From positions 1 to 64,000 of the forward strand of contig MU006025.1 of NCBI GenBank assembly GCA_010093745.1: a stretch of 64,000 nt of DNA, given 5' to 3'. A program made the position numbers and the translations under genes. Below are positions 23,925 to 35,959 of this stretch, one piece after another (within the stretch, counting starts at the first letter, position 1; the number at the start of each line of letters is the position of its first letter). The notes beneath the pieces are model-generated. The model was not told the origin of the DNA and did no database searches. It saw only the letters and a list, made by a program, of their open reading frames with translations. Source of the stretch: Piedraia hortae CBS 480.64. Taxonomy: Eukaryota.

Positions 23925-26900
23925 TTGAGTACTGTTCCTGAATATGGAAGTGTAGAGCTGAATCAACTCTGTCATTGCTCATGGTCCTCTTCCTCCACAG
24001 TCGGCAACTTCCCGGGCATTGTCTTGCCGGCAATCGATGACAAACCGACACATTAGCCACTTTCGCACCACCTCAAACGCCCAATGCACAGAACTCTACA
24101 CGACATAATAACGCATCATAGGCCTCTCGTTGCTAATTTGGAGGCATACCGCTGCGTTCAGCTGTTAGACCGAATGCTGTTGCCTTGTCGGCCTGCACGA
24201 GTGAAGAGCTTAAAAGAGCGACAAGATTTCGTTTTGGATAGGGCATACGGGCTTGGTTGACCTGCTACCAGCCTCCTGCTGCCAGGTGAAGTGCTCCAGA
24301 AGAATGCTATACCGCCCTGCAACGTCCAAAGACTAAGCCTGGTGGTTGGTGTGTTCTCTGTTCCCGCGCAGACGTTCATTGGCGCACTGAGCACCGATGA
24401 TGGGCCCGAACCTCAGACTCAAATCACCACATAACAATTCAGGTGCTTCCTTTACTTAACATCCTTCCCCAAAAGTGAAGGACCACTCCATAAGCTTTCC
24501 ACTTCCACCTCCCACATCATTTCAAGATAGCGGCTCACCGCACAAGTTTGATGGAAAGCCGTAGCTTGGCGTTTTTGCAGGCGAAGATGGGCTGTCTGCT
24601 GGAAACGAATTGACCTATGATTACAACTACGAGATTTTCAGGGGCCCGCCTCTCACACCAAGGGTCACAACATTACCTTAGATTAAGGTGGCCTCTATAG
24701 TGCAGTATAGTGCCATGGACACGCAGTGCAAAACCGAATTCAACTCCCCAAAGGGCCCTCCCCGGAGATACTTGAGTACCATGGCTGGGAAACGGAAGAG
24801 TCGCAGTGGCAAGCAAGGTAACACCGACACCACCCTGAGGATATATTGCGGTTACAAGAAGGCCTCCATCACGTTATGCAACGTCAAGACGACTCGGCAA
24901 GAACTCCGGAGATTGAAGACGGCTACGCCGGGCTTTGCCAAGACCACTGCCCACTATTTGCTCCAGCCTCAGCCTGCATACAACATGCGAGGTAAAACAG
25001 ACCGGTAAACCTGCGCCGCGCCAAGATCATGTCCCATCAATGGACCTAAGCAGGCTTCTCGTTCCATCTGCGGAATATCTAGCCATCCATCATGAAGAGC
25101 GGCAATACAGCTACTTTTATGGAACAGTTAATGAAATATGGACATGTTTTATGGAAACACAAATCCTGTTCACAGCCGGACTACGCTTTTGGGTTCAAGA
25201 AGAAGGCTTTACCCTTGGTCCAACTGCAAAAAGCCCAGCCACTCATTGGTACGGACGACTTTAAAATATCAGACCAACGTGCAAGCAAATAACGCTTTCG
25301 CGAGCAGCGGGTCACAGACAATTTCCCACTATTCAGTGTCGTCTTCTTTGAACTTCCGAGAAGCCGAGACCGCCCCTGTATCGACTGCCTAACAGCAGTA
25401 GGAAATGTGACAGAAATCACACAAATCTGTATTTTATCGAGGCAAAAACCTCTATCCGGCTGGCTGCTCGATGAGCACAAGGCAAAAAAAACTTACAGCA
25501 GCGGGGATTCCTACGTGGTCACCCACCGTAGTACTAATCCACCGGTTTACAGCTTAAGTTCAGGAGAGCGGACGGGATCCTCTATTCTCTGCAACCTATG
25601 GCCGTAAGTGGCAAAGAAGGGGGGAGAATGGTATATATATAGACTTCTAAGAATGGACCAACTTTATCCATCTTATTCGTTTTTCATCTTCCTTCCACAT
25701 TCGTGAAGACTATGTTCCTATCATTCTGATCTTGTCCTGTTCTGAAACTCTGGCCAGGGGCTTTCCTATTGCCTCTCTTTTGATAGAAGCAGTTCTTGGA
25801 CGTGGCACTTGAAGAATGGACCCAAAACACAGGCAGCCATCGGCTCGGAGTTGAGTCCCAGAGAAATATTCCTGTTGACACCTTAACCGTCGATTGACCC
25901 CCAAAGACATTGATGAATATCTCAACCAACCCACGAACGCCATTGTTGGAATAGCCAGCGACCCGTAGGCTCTGAAAGCACATCTTCATCCATTTCGATC
26001 ACTTCCAAGACATCAGCTTTCTTCAGACAAGACGATCACCTTTTCTTTGGAACTCAATACCATCTTTCCTTTTTCCTCGACGCTTGTAAGAAGTGTATTC
26101 TTGCCAGCCTGGCCTTGTCGCCGTCTCGAACTTTGGCCAGGAACCTTTCTCACACGTGTAATGTGGAGGCAGGCATAGTGCCCAAATATGATGTTTTTGA
26201 CCTTGGGGATGGATTCAAATAAAGTTGATACTCATCGTGTTAAACATTAATGGGCACTGATAACGAAGGATCTGCTCCCAATTGATGACATTTTGCTCCT
26301 GAGCTTGTACGAGGCAGGATGGATCGCATTAGCCTATACCTGAGAAATTAAGTATTTACCAAACGGTAACGTAGGTGTAGACGTGAAACGTGAAAAGAAC
26401 AACGGCAGTATAAGCGGTCTTGACTCAATTGGCACACTGTGGGACGGTCTTGTTCTCATCGACACAAAACCGTTTGCTCGTCCTACATTATGATTGCGTA
26501 CAAACAACGACCAAAGACGCAAATTTAGTTAATGCGAGTTCCCTTAATGCCCATTCTCTGGAACGAAGCTCGATTCCGACCTCATGTACGCACTTTACAA
26601 AGTACATCGGATAAGAAGCTGTTGATAGCTCGTGCAATGATTAAGTTGTGCACACGAGGGTCAGCAAGAGCTGAGCGCACTTTATGATGCCAACGCTATG
26701 CGGGAAGATGTCTAACGCCGTATTGGTGTTTCCTTCTTGCGATGACAACTACAAGCGCCGCTGTTCGCCACGCAATCTGCTCTCCACCCGAAATGTGATG
26801 GAAATGAGATTTTCCGTCGACTGCTGCATCCGGTCTTTCAACAAGGCTTACGATCAACTTCGATCCATCGGTGAGCTGGGATAAAAAATTTTCCGTGGCT

Positions 26901-27160
26901 GGCGTTTACAACGCGACTTGTAGCCATGTCCCTAATATCTATTATTTGATCAAAGGACTTGTCATGTCTGCCGCAAAGATCGCTACAACCCTCTAGCGGT
27001 CTGTTTCACAAGATCAGGAGGACAACATGGCAGATCCGTGCCGGCAGGTCGATCCTCAACGACAACCTTAGCAAGATGATGGGAATGAAGGACCGCCTGC
27101 ACGAGCCTTGTAGGGCATTGAGCAACAGTCCTGTGCACTTGTATAGGGGGAAGTGGAAAT

Positions 27161-27463
27161 TGTCGGAGGGCTAACCTCCGAGAACTAAAGAGGAACGTAG
27201 ATCAAAGACAAATGTGCGCATTCAACTCTAACAAAAAGATGAATGTAGATGTCTACCTCTATGTGAGGTGAGGTTCGAAACCTTCTCCATACTACCTCAG
27301 TCTAACCACATTTGCCAGGACAACATCAGCGAACCATGCCCTTGAGCATGAACGAGACAATGACCCGTCTCAGGGAAAACTTCCTCTATAGAGGTAAAAG
27401 CTCGGAGAAATTTCGACTTCTAGCCAAGGTTCTGGTCATGGTGGGTGCCACATCCTTCTGACA
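27161..27463. mobile_element. Solo LTR, family B (303 bp)
   Basis: Inverted termini TGTCGGAGGG..CCTTCTGACA; flanks GAAAT/GAAAG; reverse-complement homologue at 34853-35157. Confidence 0.88.
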
Positions 27464-29911
27464 GAAAGTGACTGGAACATGGGATTGCGAGGTTCACCGG
27501 GCGTTTGCTTCGCTGCTACGGTTGCGTATTTTCAGGCGGCTGCCAGGTGCCAGGTCACAATTGGCATGTGCTCAACCGGTATGAGATATCTCCGGGCCTG
27601 GCGGGTGGGGTGTCAATATCGGAGATTGTGTCATTGAGAGAAGGAGTTTGAAGATGAGAACCAAGGTGAACCAAGGTGAAAACACGTCGTCCCTTCCTGC
27701 CAACTTGTGAACAAGCGACCTGCCTGACAATCGTCTGATTGCAAGAGCTATACGTTCTCAAGCCGCTGCCATGTGCCAAATTGCTTGGAATTTGTTCGAG
27801 TGTAATGACTGGCCCCCGCAAGATCTACAGACCACTTTGGTCTGGATAAGAAGCAGATCCAGAGTTCATTCCCCGAAAAAGTTAGATGATGTCGTCAAAG
27901 CAGAGGCAGATCGAATAGTTGTTGGTTTCACCAATAAGATAAATGGGCCATGACTGCGTACCAGTACAGAGCGGTAGAGTCGTGCAACTCAGAAGACTGT
28001 CAAAGGCTGTGAGAGACGGACGGAGTATTCCACACCTATCACCATCCAATAAATCGCTTCCATTTATTCATAAAACAAGGGACAAGCCACAGCTTTTTGT
28101 TCAATCACTCCACAAGACAAGTCATCTCATCCATTACTACAACTCAAAATGCCGCCAATGCAAACCCGTGCAGCTTCGAATGTCCGCGCCCGACCGAGCT
28201 CACTCCTCAGACCACGCAAGCTCATGCCCCAATACCGGTTGAGGAAGCCAATGCTCAGCAGGCCAGCAAGGGGATACGAACAGCAATGGAGCGGACTCAA
28301 CCGGAGCTAACACAAATGGACCGACTGAATTGACTCTTCATGAATCCCCCTTCCAGTGGAATCAAACACAAAAGCGTAGGGACATTGAGTGATTGTTCAA
28401 CTACCCTGATGAGAGGTCTACACGTCCTCAGAGCTCTGTTTCAAGCTTTCTCCTTGCCGTAGAGGTCGAACTTAGCGAAGTCACCAGGATCGCCAAGCCA
28501 AACCCCCGACAGACAACGAAGCTGGAGATTCCATGAGTTAGAATCCACGTCGGTGTTCTGATGACTACGTCCCTATACCTAGTAAAACCTTACTCATGAC
28601 TGGTTGGTACGGTACATTCTGACAATCTGCACTTTATTCGTTACAAAACCTCATAAGCGAATTCGTCCAACAAGGCTTTTACGTTTCCAGGAACCTTCAT
28701 GCTTCTTTCTCCGCAGATTTCTTCTGGTGAAGTGAGCTTGTATATACCATAGACCTCAAGATTGACTCGGTAAGGTTCATATTGAGCGACCCAGGTACTG
28801 AACGGCCCAAACTAGTACATCATAGATGTAAGCCGGCCTCCTTGACCGTGCCAAGACCGCTGCCAGCTCTTTGGCTTTGATTGTCTTTCCTTTTTTTTCC
28901 CCTTGTCCCTCCTCTTCGTATCCGCTTCCTGGAACCTTTGCCAACCTTTTTCTAGCTTCTTCATTTCTTCCTGGTGTGAGCCGGTTTGGTCCCTTTGGCG
29001 GATAATATATGAGCCAGAAGGCGGTAATTTCCTGGAACAACGCGAGTCGAATGGCGCGGTGATGGAAAAGTGCCGGAGATGAGTTTGGTACAACGACAAG
29101 ATCCCTTAAAGAGTGTGCTCGCAATTCTCGCTGCTCCCAGGGCGAGTTAGCCAGCGCTAAGTGATAAGCACGACAAGTGTTTTGTCCCGAGGAGAAGTGC
29201 CGGTTGAAGCCTTGCGTTGAAATCAGGTTAGCGGCCATGAGTCCGATGAGACCGGTGAAGCTAACGAGGCGCAGATTGGTCTTCTCTGGCCGGCGAATCT
29301 TCTGGAGCTGCGCGGTCGCTGCCACTTGGCGACGAAGCTCTTCCTGACCAAGCCTCATCGCCGCCGGAAAAAGAACTGGGAGTTTTCACACTTCGTTTCC
29401 AAGCGTTGTGGTGAGGTGGTCTGTTTGCCACCATCTGCGTGAGCTCGGACAAACGATTTCCGGCTGCAGCGTCAAACCACACAATCACACCAACCTCTCA
29501 ACCCCACTCTCTCAAGACCTGGCCGGATCTGAAGATGTGATCTGGACCCCATGCATCAAGCACGAGCTTGTGAGGACAGTGAGCCGCTGATGCAGACCAC
29601 TGGCTAGGTGAGCCTTTGCCGCGGCGGTCTGCTGCATCATCATCCTAACACTGCTCAGCGGCCCATACTACATCAGTGAGTCCTACATGGATGCCGCACG
29701 ATGCACATCCTGGCTCAGAAGCCAAGCCATTTCCCGTCACGGCGCTGTTGCCACCGGCCCGATCCATCGAGCTCCGTTCACGGCCATTGAGATGTCTCCA
29801 AAATCAGCCGCGGTTCATGCACTTGCCAAACATCATGATAGTTGACGTGATCGTTGCTAGCGATGAATGGGGGAAGCAGCGCTGTACGCGCCACGGTACG
29901 CTCCCATATTT

Positions 29912-30263
29912 TGTAGCGATAGTACTCTCGTGGATAGGAGTGCGTAGCGGCCCTAACTAGGAGGGCGTAACGATGGACAGAGATCAACGACAGGGACAGG
30001 AAAGATGCAGGTGGGTAGGAGTCAATATTAGTGTCGATGTGACAGTGTGAATGACTATATCTCCACGAGGGGACGTTAGAGTAAATATTCTGTACCGGTG
30101 GGCCGGTGACGTCACGCCGTACACTAGCAGGGCGCATTCACCATGTCACATATGACATGACCCTCGGGGAAAACCTCTGTGAGGGAAAAACCTTGAGTGC
30201 AGCTGGTAGTGTGGGAGGTATCGCTGACTTATTATGCACTAGCGGTGATGCTTAACTCCAGCA
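29912..30263. mobile_element. Solo LTR, family A (352 bp)
   Basis: TG..CA ends, perfect TSD TATTT; homologous to 42964-43459 (inverted), 39655-39813 (inverted, partial) and 23548-23924. Confidence 0.9.
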
Positions 30264-33200
30264 TATTTGGTGAAAATTCTTTGGGTTGCCCAAAGAGTAT
30301 ATCTAGAGAGCACCGAAGAGCAAAAAAAGGCAAGGCAACCAGTTCAGAGGGAGTAGTGAGAGCTGCAAGAGGGTTAATGGTTGCCGGACGAAGCCATTGG
30401 TTGTCCCACGGAGCCAGGAGCAGAAGGGCACGCCCAACCGCCAACATGAGTCGCTGAAGGAGCCGAGAACGAAGCAAGATGTCTGGGAATAGCAACATTT
30501 GTTCGGGAGGGAGGATGATCGAGGTCTTAATATTCGCAAATGGGGAGTTACTTCCTCAAATATACAGGAAATATTAAGGGCTAGATCGAGGCACATGATC
30601 GCCCAGAGGCCACCGGTCAACCTTCCACGATCATAAGGCAGGTATCAGCGCCACTACACCATTAGGGATTGCACAAACGCGCGTGGGTCGTTGGGTGACC
30701 GGAACAACACCTCCAAATGAAGATCCCTTCAGCGGTAAAATTACAATTATATTTACGATTGCGTACAGCTTCAGGGTGGCAAGCCAATGCAGTGTTCTGC
30801 AAGCAAACGACTGATTACCAGCTAGCATAGGACTGTGACTCTGTCGATCACGCATGCGTAGAGGGTTCAGACCACGGCTTGCATACTGCCTTGGCAAACG
30901 AGCATCCACAACCCACTATAAGTGCTGCCACTGGAAGCAAGCACATCTCTCACAGCTGCGCGGGCCAGTTGGTGGGTTCCAATAGCAGTCCTCGGCAGGC
31001 TACCTGGCACGGGCATCGCACAGAACGAGTGCTGTACCAAGTGTACATAATGCCATTATCCACGTTCTGGTTAGAGCTCTAGCACGTAAGGCTTGCCGAA
31101 GAGAAATGGATTCACAATGACAACTGAGCATTGGGATTGCGAGCGGTGCACTGTCGTGAACGTGTTAATGCAATTCCAGTGGTTTTACACTATACCCACT
31201 GCTCCGAGAACACCTGACGGATTTCGTCTCATTATTTTCTGCCTCAGGACAAAAACCATTTTTCGCTTCACAAATTACGGAACCCCTGCAAGCGAAATTT
31301 CCTGGCAAAGTGGGGATCCAAGTGCACACCCGCATTTCTTCCCCTCACATTCATTACACCACCCCATCATGCCTCGTGCAAGGACTTGTCTCTTTATCCC
31401 CTCAAACATGAATGCCAGTGTGAAGCCATCGTAGGTCTCGCTTTGGCTCGCATGAAGTCTGCCCCTTCGGAGGGGACAAAGCTTGTTTCACCGGGACACC
31501 AAGCGTAAGCTCACAATTGTCCCGCTAAATCAGCTTGATAAATTCCATTAGCAATGATCTCTGTCGGGCAACAGCCACTCCGAAAGTTCTTAAAAACGGA
31601 ACAAGTTGAAGGTCACCGGCGAGGACCATCGCGGTTCAGCCAGTTCAAAATCGAAGCTGCTTGCCGGCCTCTATCACAGCTACGCACAAAAAACAACGTA
31701 CCTACGCCATTCTCGCCACTCTGAGAACAAGCATTTGAAGAAATTTACCAGCAAACGCCAGATTGGGCTAGATAGCCCAATCTGGACCTGCAACTTTCAC
31801 AACAAGATGATGTTCATGGATGACTACTGCATTCCATGAATTGTCGCTCATCAACCCAACATATGCCCCAGCAGAATGCATCGAATAAGAAGCGGCCGGT
31901 CGCTCGTGCGAGGATTGTGTCCTGGACGAGAGGGTCAGCGGAGGCGAAGGCCACATTATGACGCCAACACTGAGCAGTTAGAGGTCCAGTCCGTTAAATC
32001 GGTATTTTTCTTTTGCGGTAGTAGGCAGGGCAACTTTCTAACACTAACGCCCCCTCGCAACTTGCACTGCTCCCGATGTCAGTGGGCAAAGTCTTTGCGT
32101 CAACTGCTGCCACGACCTCAGCAACTAGGCTTTCAACGATGCTGAAGATAAACTTTGAGCTCGCAGTCAACTGGGACAAGTTTTTAGTGGCTATTATACG
32201 CAATGCAATTTGACCACAACATCCAATGTGTTGATGGCCTTATCGTGTTTGCCACAAATATCAGTGCGAGCGTTTCACATGCAATTTTATGAGATCTATG
32301 AGGATAACGTGCGAGCCGCGCATGTTTGACTGCCTACCCCAGCCAGATACCATCAATGAAGGACGCCCCGAATAATAAGTCCAGGGTAATTATCGACTAC
32401 CTCCCGAATTCATTCTCATATTTCACCTCTTGAGAACAGTTCTCGGATGTAGACAAAATGCAGCTGCCCATCCAGAGAAATTTCAACACTGCTTGCTTTG
32501 GATCTGCTGCAGTGAAGCAAAAAAGCAGTCAATGTGGCAAAGATAACTGGATCGTTTACTTGACTTCCAGACTCCACTTCCAGCTCTCAATAAAGGCAGT
32601 CATACGACTGATGAGATTTTCTTGGCGAGGTTCACGAAAGTTTCAGACACTGCAAATGTTCGGTGGAATAGAGTACGACAGGGTCACCTCCCGTCGATCG
32701 GTCTTTACTATTCAATTGCAGTCATTGCTTTTGAGAATTGCGCCGTCTGGCTAGGCAAGACGGCCCAGCAGCCATTTTTTGGAGCCGTCGGTTTCAATTA
32801 AGACTATGTCAGATCTGGACGGGTCACGTTGTTGAACCGGCAATCTCCTCCAGCAAGAAATCCGCGCAATTTGCTTGCCACCCCCCCAAGAAAAAATACA
32901 TTTCCGATCCACTATACATGCACCGACAATCATCTGGATGGAATACAATGGTTACAACAGATTGTTTTGTGCAATGCCACCAAGCCTGAAAATTATCCCG
33001 CCGTTGACCGGATCGTCCAGTCGGGGCAATGACACCAAAGGAGTACGCTTTTCGGTGGTTTGTTTTGTAAGCCAACTGTTTCCAAGGCGTGACTTCAAGG
33101 AATTCACCGCGCAGACTGCAATCTTCCACGACGCTTCCCACGGTTCACAACTTCATGAGCATTTGACTGTACGATTACGAAGTACAAAAAGACTATTGCC

Positions 33201-34852
33201 GGCTGGCCAGTCATGGGCGACGAATGCCTTCTACTTTCATTCGAGGGAATTCAGCCCCTTAGCGCTCCAGGCAAACCCAAATGGAGCGAGGCGATTTAAC
33301 CTGTGCCATTGTACAACCGTCGAATATTATGACGAGCGCCTGCTCAATTGCCTAGGCTGAGTATGCTGGAGGACATCCAGAAGACTCAAGCCGAGTTGTG
33401 GTTGTTTCGCTGGTTGGGTAGATGGGCGCCGAAACTGTCTCCAAAGCCCAAAGGATTCGATTGTTTTACGAAGAAGGCAACCGGGAGCTGACGGCAGATC
33501 GGAGCGTAACGATGGGGTGTCAGACTCCTGCTGTAGGTAGAAAGGGCGCTGGACTTCACAGGATTTTTACCTCACAGAGGATGTTTCCCCTGGGACGTGG
33601 TTGCACGTCACTGTACGCCATCATGGCAAATCCACTTCAGGTCGTACCTGAAAGTGGGCCACTCTTGGCACACAAGTCTTCCCCTCACTTCCTCTTTCTG
33701 GAGAGTAACGATATAACACACTGCTATCAGTTCCACCATTTCACAAAGTGCGAAGGGAAGTGAGTAGATTCCTTTCCCCTTCCGATATGGGGTGATGCAA
33801 TGTGCAGGCTCTCAAGACACTATTTCGAGCTGCCTCCCTTCCTTCACACCTAGGAAAGGTAGGAGCGTGAGGCCAAGGCCCCAACGGACGATGAACCTCG
33901 AAATCGCGTGGGTCAGAGCCGTGATTGACTCTCAGATAACTGCGTTCTTGTGCGTGGAAAGAGAATGGATGTTCTGCCAAATTTCTAGGATGCTCCCACG
34001 CAGGCCGTTACATTCGCCTGGTCGAGCGGTTCGATTTACCAGCTCGGATAATCTTGATGAAGGACAACCTACGTATCGATTTGGCCCAACACCGCCTTCG
34101 TTAAGCTCGCTCGCGTTACGATCGCCATAGTCGTACCGCCAACTACAACCCTGCTTCATCCAAAGAGCATAGGACCCAGCCCAGCAGGCTCACATCGACG
34201 CAGTCGTTCAGTCGACGAAAGAACCAACGCACGGGTTAGCTAACCAGTATGGTCGATGCTTCCTTTCCCACCCACATCCCGTTCCGTCTGTCCGGGACTC
34301 TCCATTACAGCCATGGGCCAATCAATCAGGGTTTGGAACGGATCCTGCCATGGAAATGCTCTGTCCGTGGGGTCGTTCGCCATTGGAGTTGACCCAACAA
34401 TCGGGCACGCCCGTCTGTGCTCACGGCTTGGGCAGATCGATCAGCCCATGGGAAGCAGCAAGCGCAAACGTATGAGCCTGGACGAACAAAGTCAGCGTGA
34501 AGAGGTTTGTATTCTTTGCTTTGCAGGAGACTCGTCCGCGGACGGTGGGGCAGGAATAGAGGAGGAGGATCGTAGATGGGGATGCTAGTAGGGAGAAGTA
34601 TCAAATCAGATTTCTATCGATGTGAGAGGTGGTTATATATATCATACAACTATAGCAAACCATCAGAAGAGATTGGTTCTACTCACATGAATTATTATAC
34701 CGTCGAATTTGTCACCTTTACTTTGCTGGTGACAATCTCACATGATCGCATTCATCTTGATGCATATCTATCACTGAATTTAGTTATGGCGGATAGTTGA
34801 AGGGAATACTAGGTGAGAAGGATAGAATGGGGTGAAGGTGTGTATGCATAGG

Positions 34853-35157
34853 TGTCAGAAGGATGTGGCACCTACCATAATCAGAACTGTAGATAGAAGT
34901 CGAAACTTCTCAGGGTTTTCACCTCTATAGAGGAAGTTTTCCCTGAGACGGGTCATTGTCTCGTTCATGCTTAAGGGCATGGTTCGCTGACGTTGTCCTG
35001 GCGAATGCGGTTAGACTGAGGTAGTGTGGTGAAGGTTTCGAACCTCACCTCACATAGACATAGACATCTACATTCACTTTTTCAGTCAAAGTTGAGTGAA
35101 AACATTTGTCGTCGATATCCGCTCCCCTTGAGTCCTCGGAGTTTCACCCCTCCGACA
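34853..35157. mobile_element. Solo LTR, family B (305 bp), opposite orientation to 27161-27463
   Basis: Termini TGTCAGAAGG..CCCTCCGACA; perfect TSD ATAGG on both sides. Confidence 0.92.
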
Positions 35158-35683
35158 ATAGGTGTATTGTAAATAATACTATAGAAGTAAACCAAAGGTG
35201 TCATTAGTCAGGTGTCACGTGATGCACTTCAACTCCCAGGCAAGGCCTCATTGCCGTCGCAGGATTCGGAAGGTTCACACTCTGTTCACAAGTGTTGTGG
35301 TGGGTTATCTGTTTGCCACCATCTGCGTGAGCTCAGGCAAACATTTTCCGTCCAACGCATCAAACCGCGCAATCACATCAACCTCGTAATTGCACTCTTC
35401 CATGGCCGAGCTGCAGCTAAAAAAATGATCTGAGCTTCATGAATCAAGCGCGAGTTTCTATCAGATTATTTGGTTGTGGCTTTTCGAAGTAAGTTCACGC
35501 ACAACAGTGTAAACTACCTCTATCGCGACCTTCCAACGTTCTACAGGAAATCAACGAAGGTGCGGTGTGAAATTGAGGTATTGTCTAAGGTATCTCTATC
35601 TTCTGGGTCGAGCGGGGAGGAGCTGCTCTTAAACCTTAGTTCTACATCACCTCTTCCAAGACACACATGGTAGTCAATGGCGT

Positions 35684-35959
35684 GTGAGGCACATGTATGT
35701 GTGGCTATGTGGTTGTATATAGGTGTTGAGGTCATGTGGTGAGGTGGAGAGTTTATGTGGTGAGGTGTTGAGGTGAAGTGCGGAACTTCACCTCACGCTA
35801 ACCCAGGTCTAGCCGCATTCACTGAGACCACAGCACCGAGCGCGCACAGAGCATGAACGGCACCGTTCCTCGTCCGAGGGAAAACTTCCTCCTATCGAGG
35901 TAAAAATCTTGAGAATGCGACCTGGGTGTATACTATATGAGAGGGTTTACCGTCTCATA
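35684..35959. mobile_element. Divergent family-B-related LTR remnant (ends uncertain)
   Basis: Contains GAGCATGAACG..GAGGGAAAACTTCCTCCTATCGAGGTAAAA, matching the family B core; no clean TSD. Confidence 0.55.

Noticed and set aside
27262..27290. GGTTCGAAAC hairpin suggesting a tRNA or SINE
   Set aside because: It lies inside a TG..CA element with a 5-bp TSD (solo LTR family B) and forms no cloverleaf
28777..29358. 193-aa ORF and other ORFs of 60-190 aa in the 19-38 kb block
   Set aside because: No recognisable motifs, and several cross repeat fragments; not supportable as intact genes
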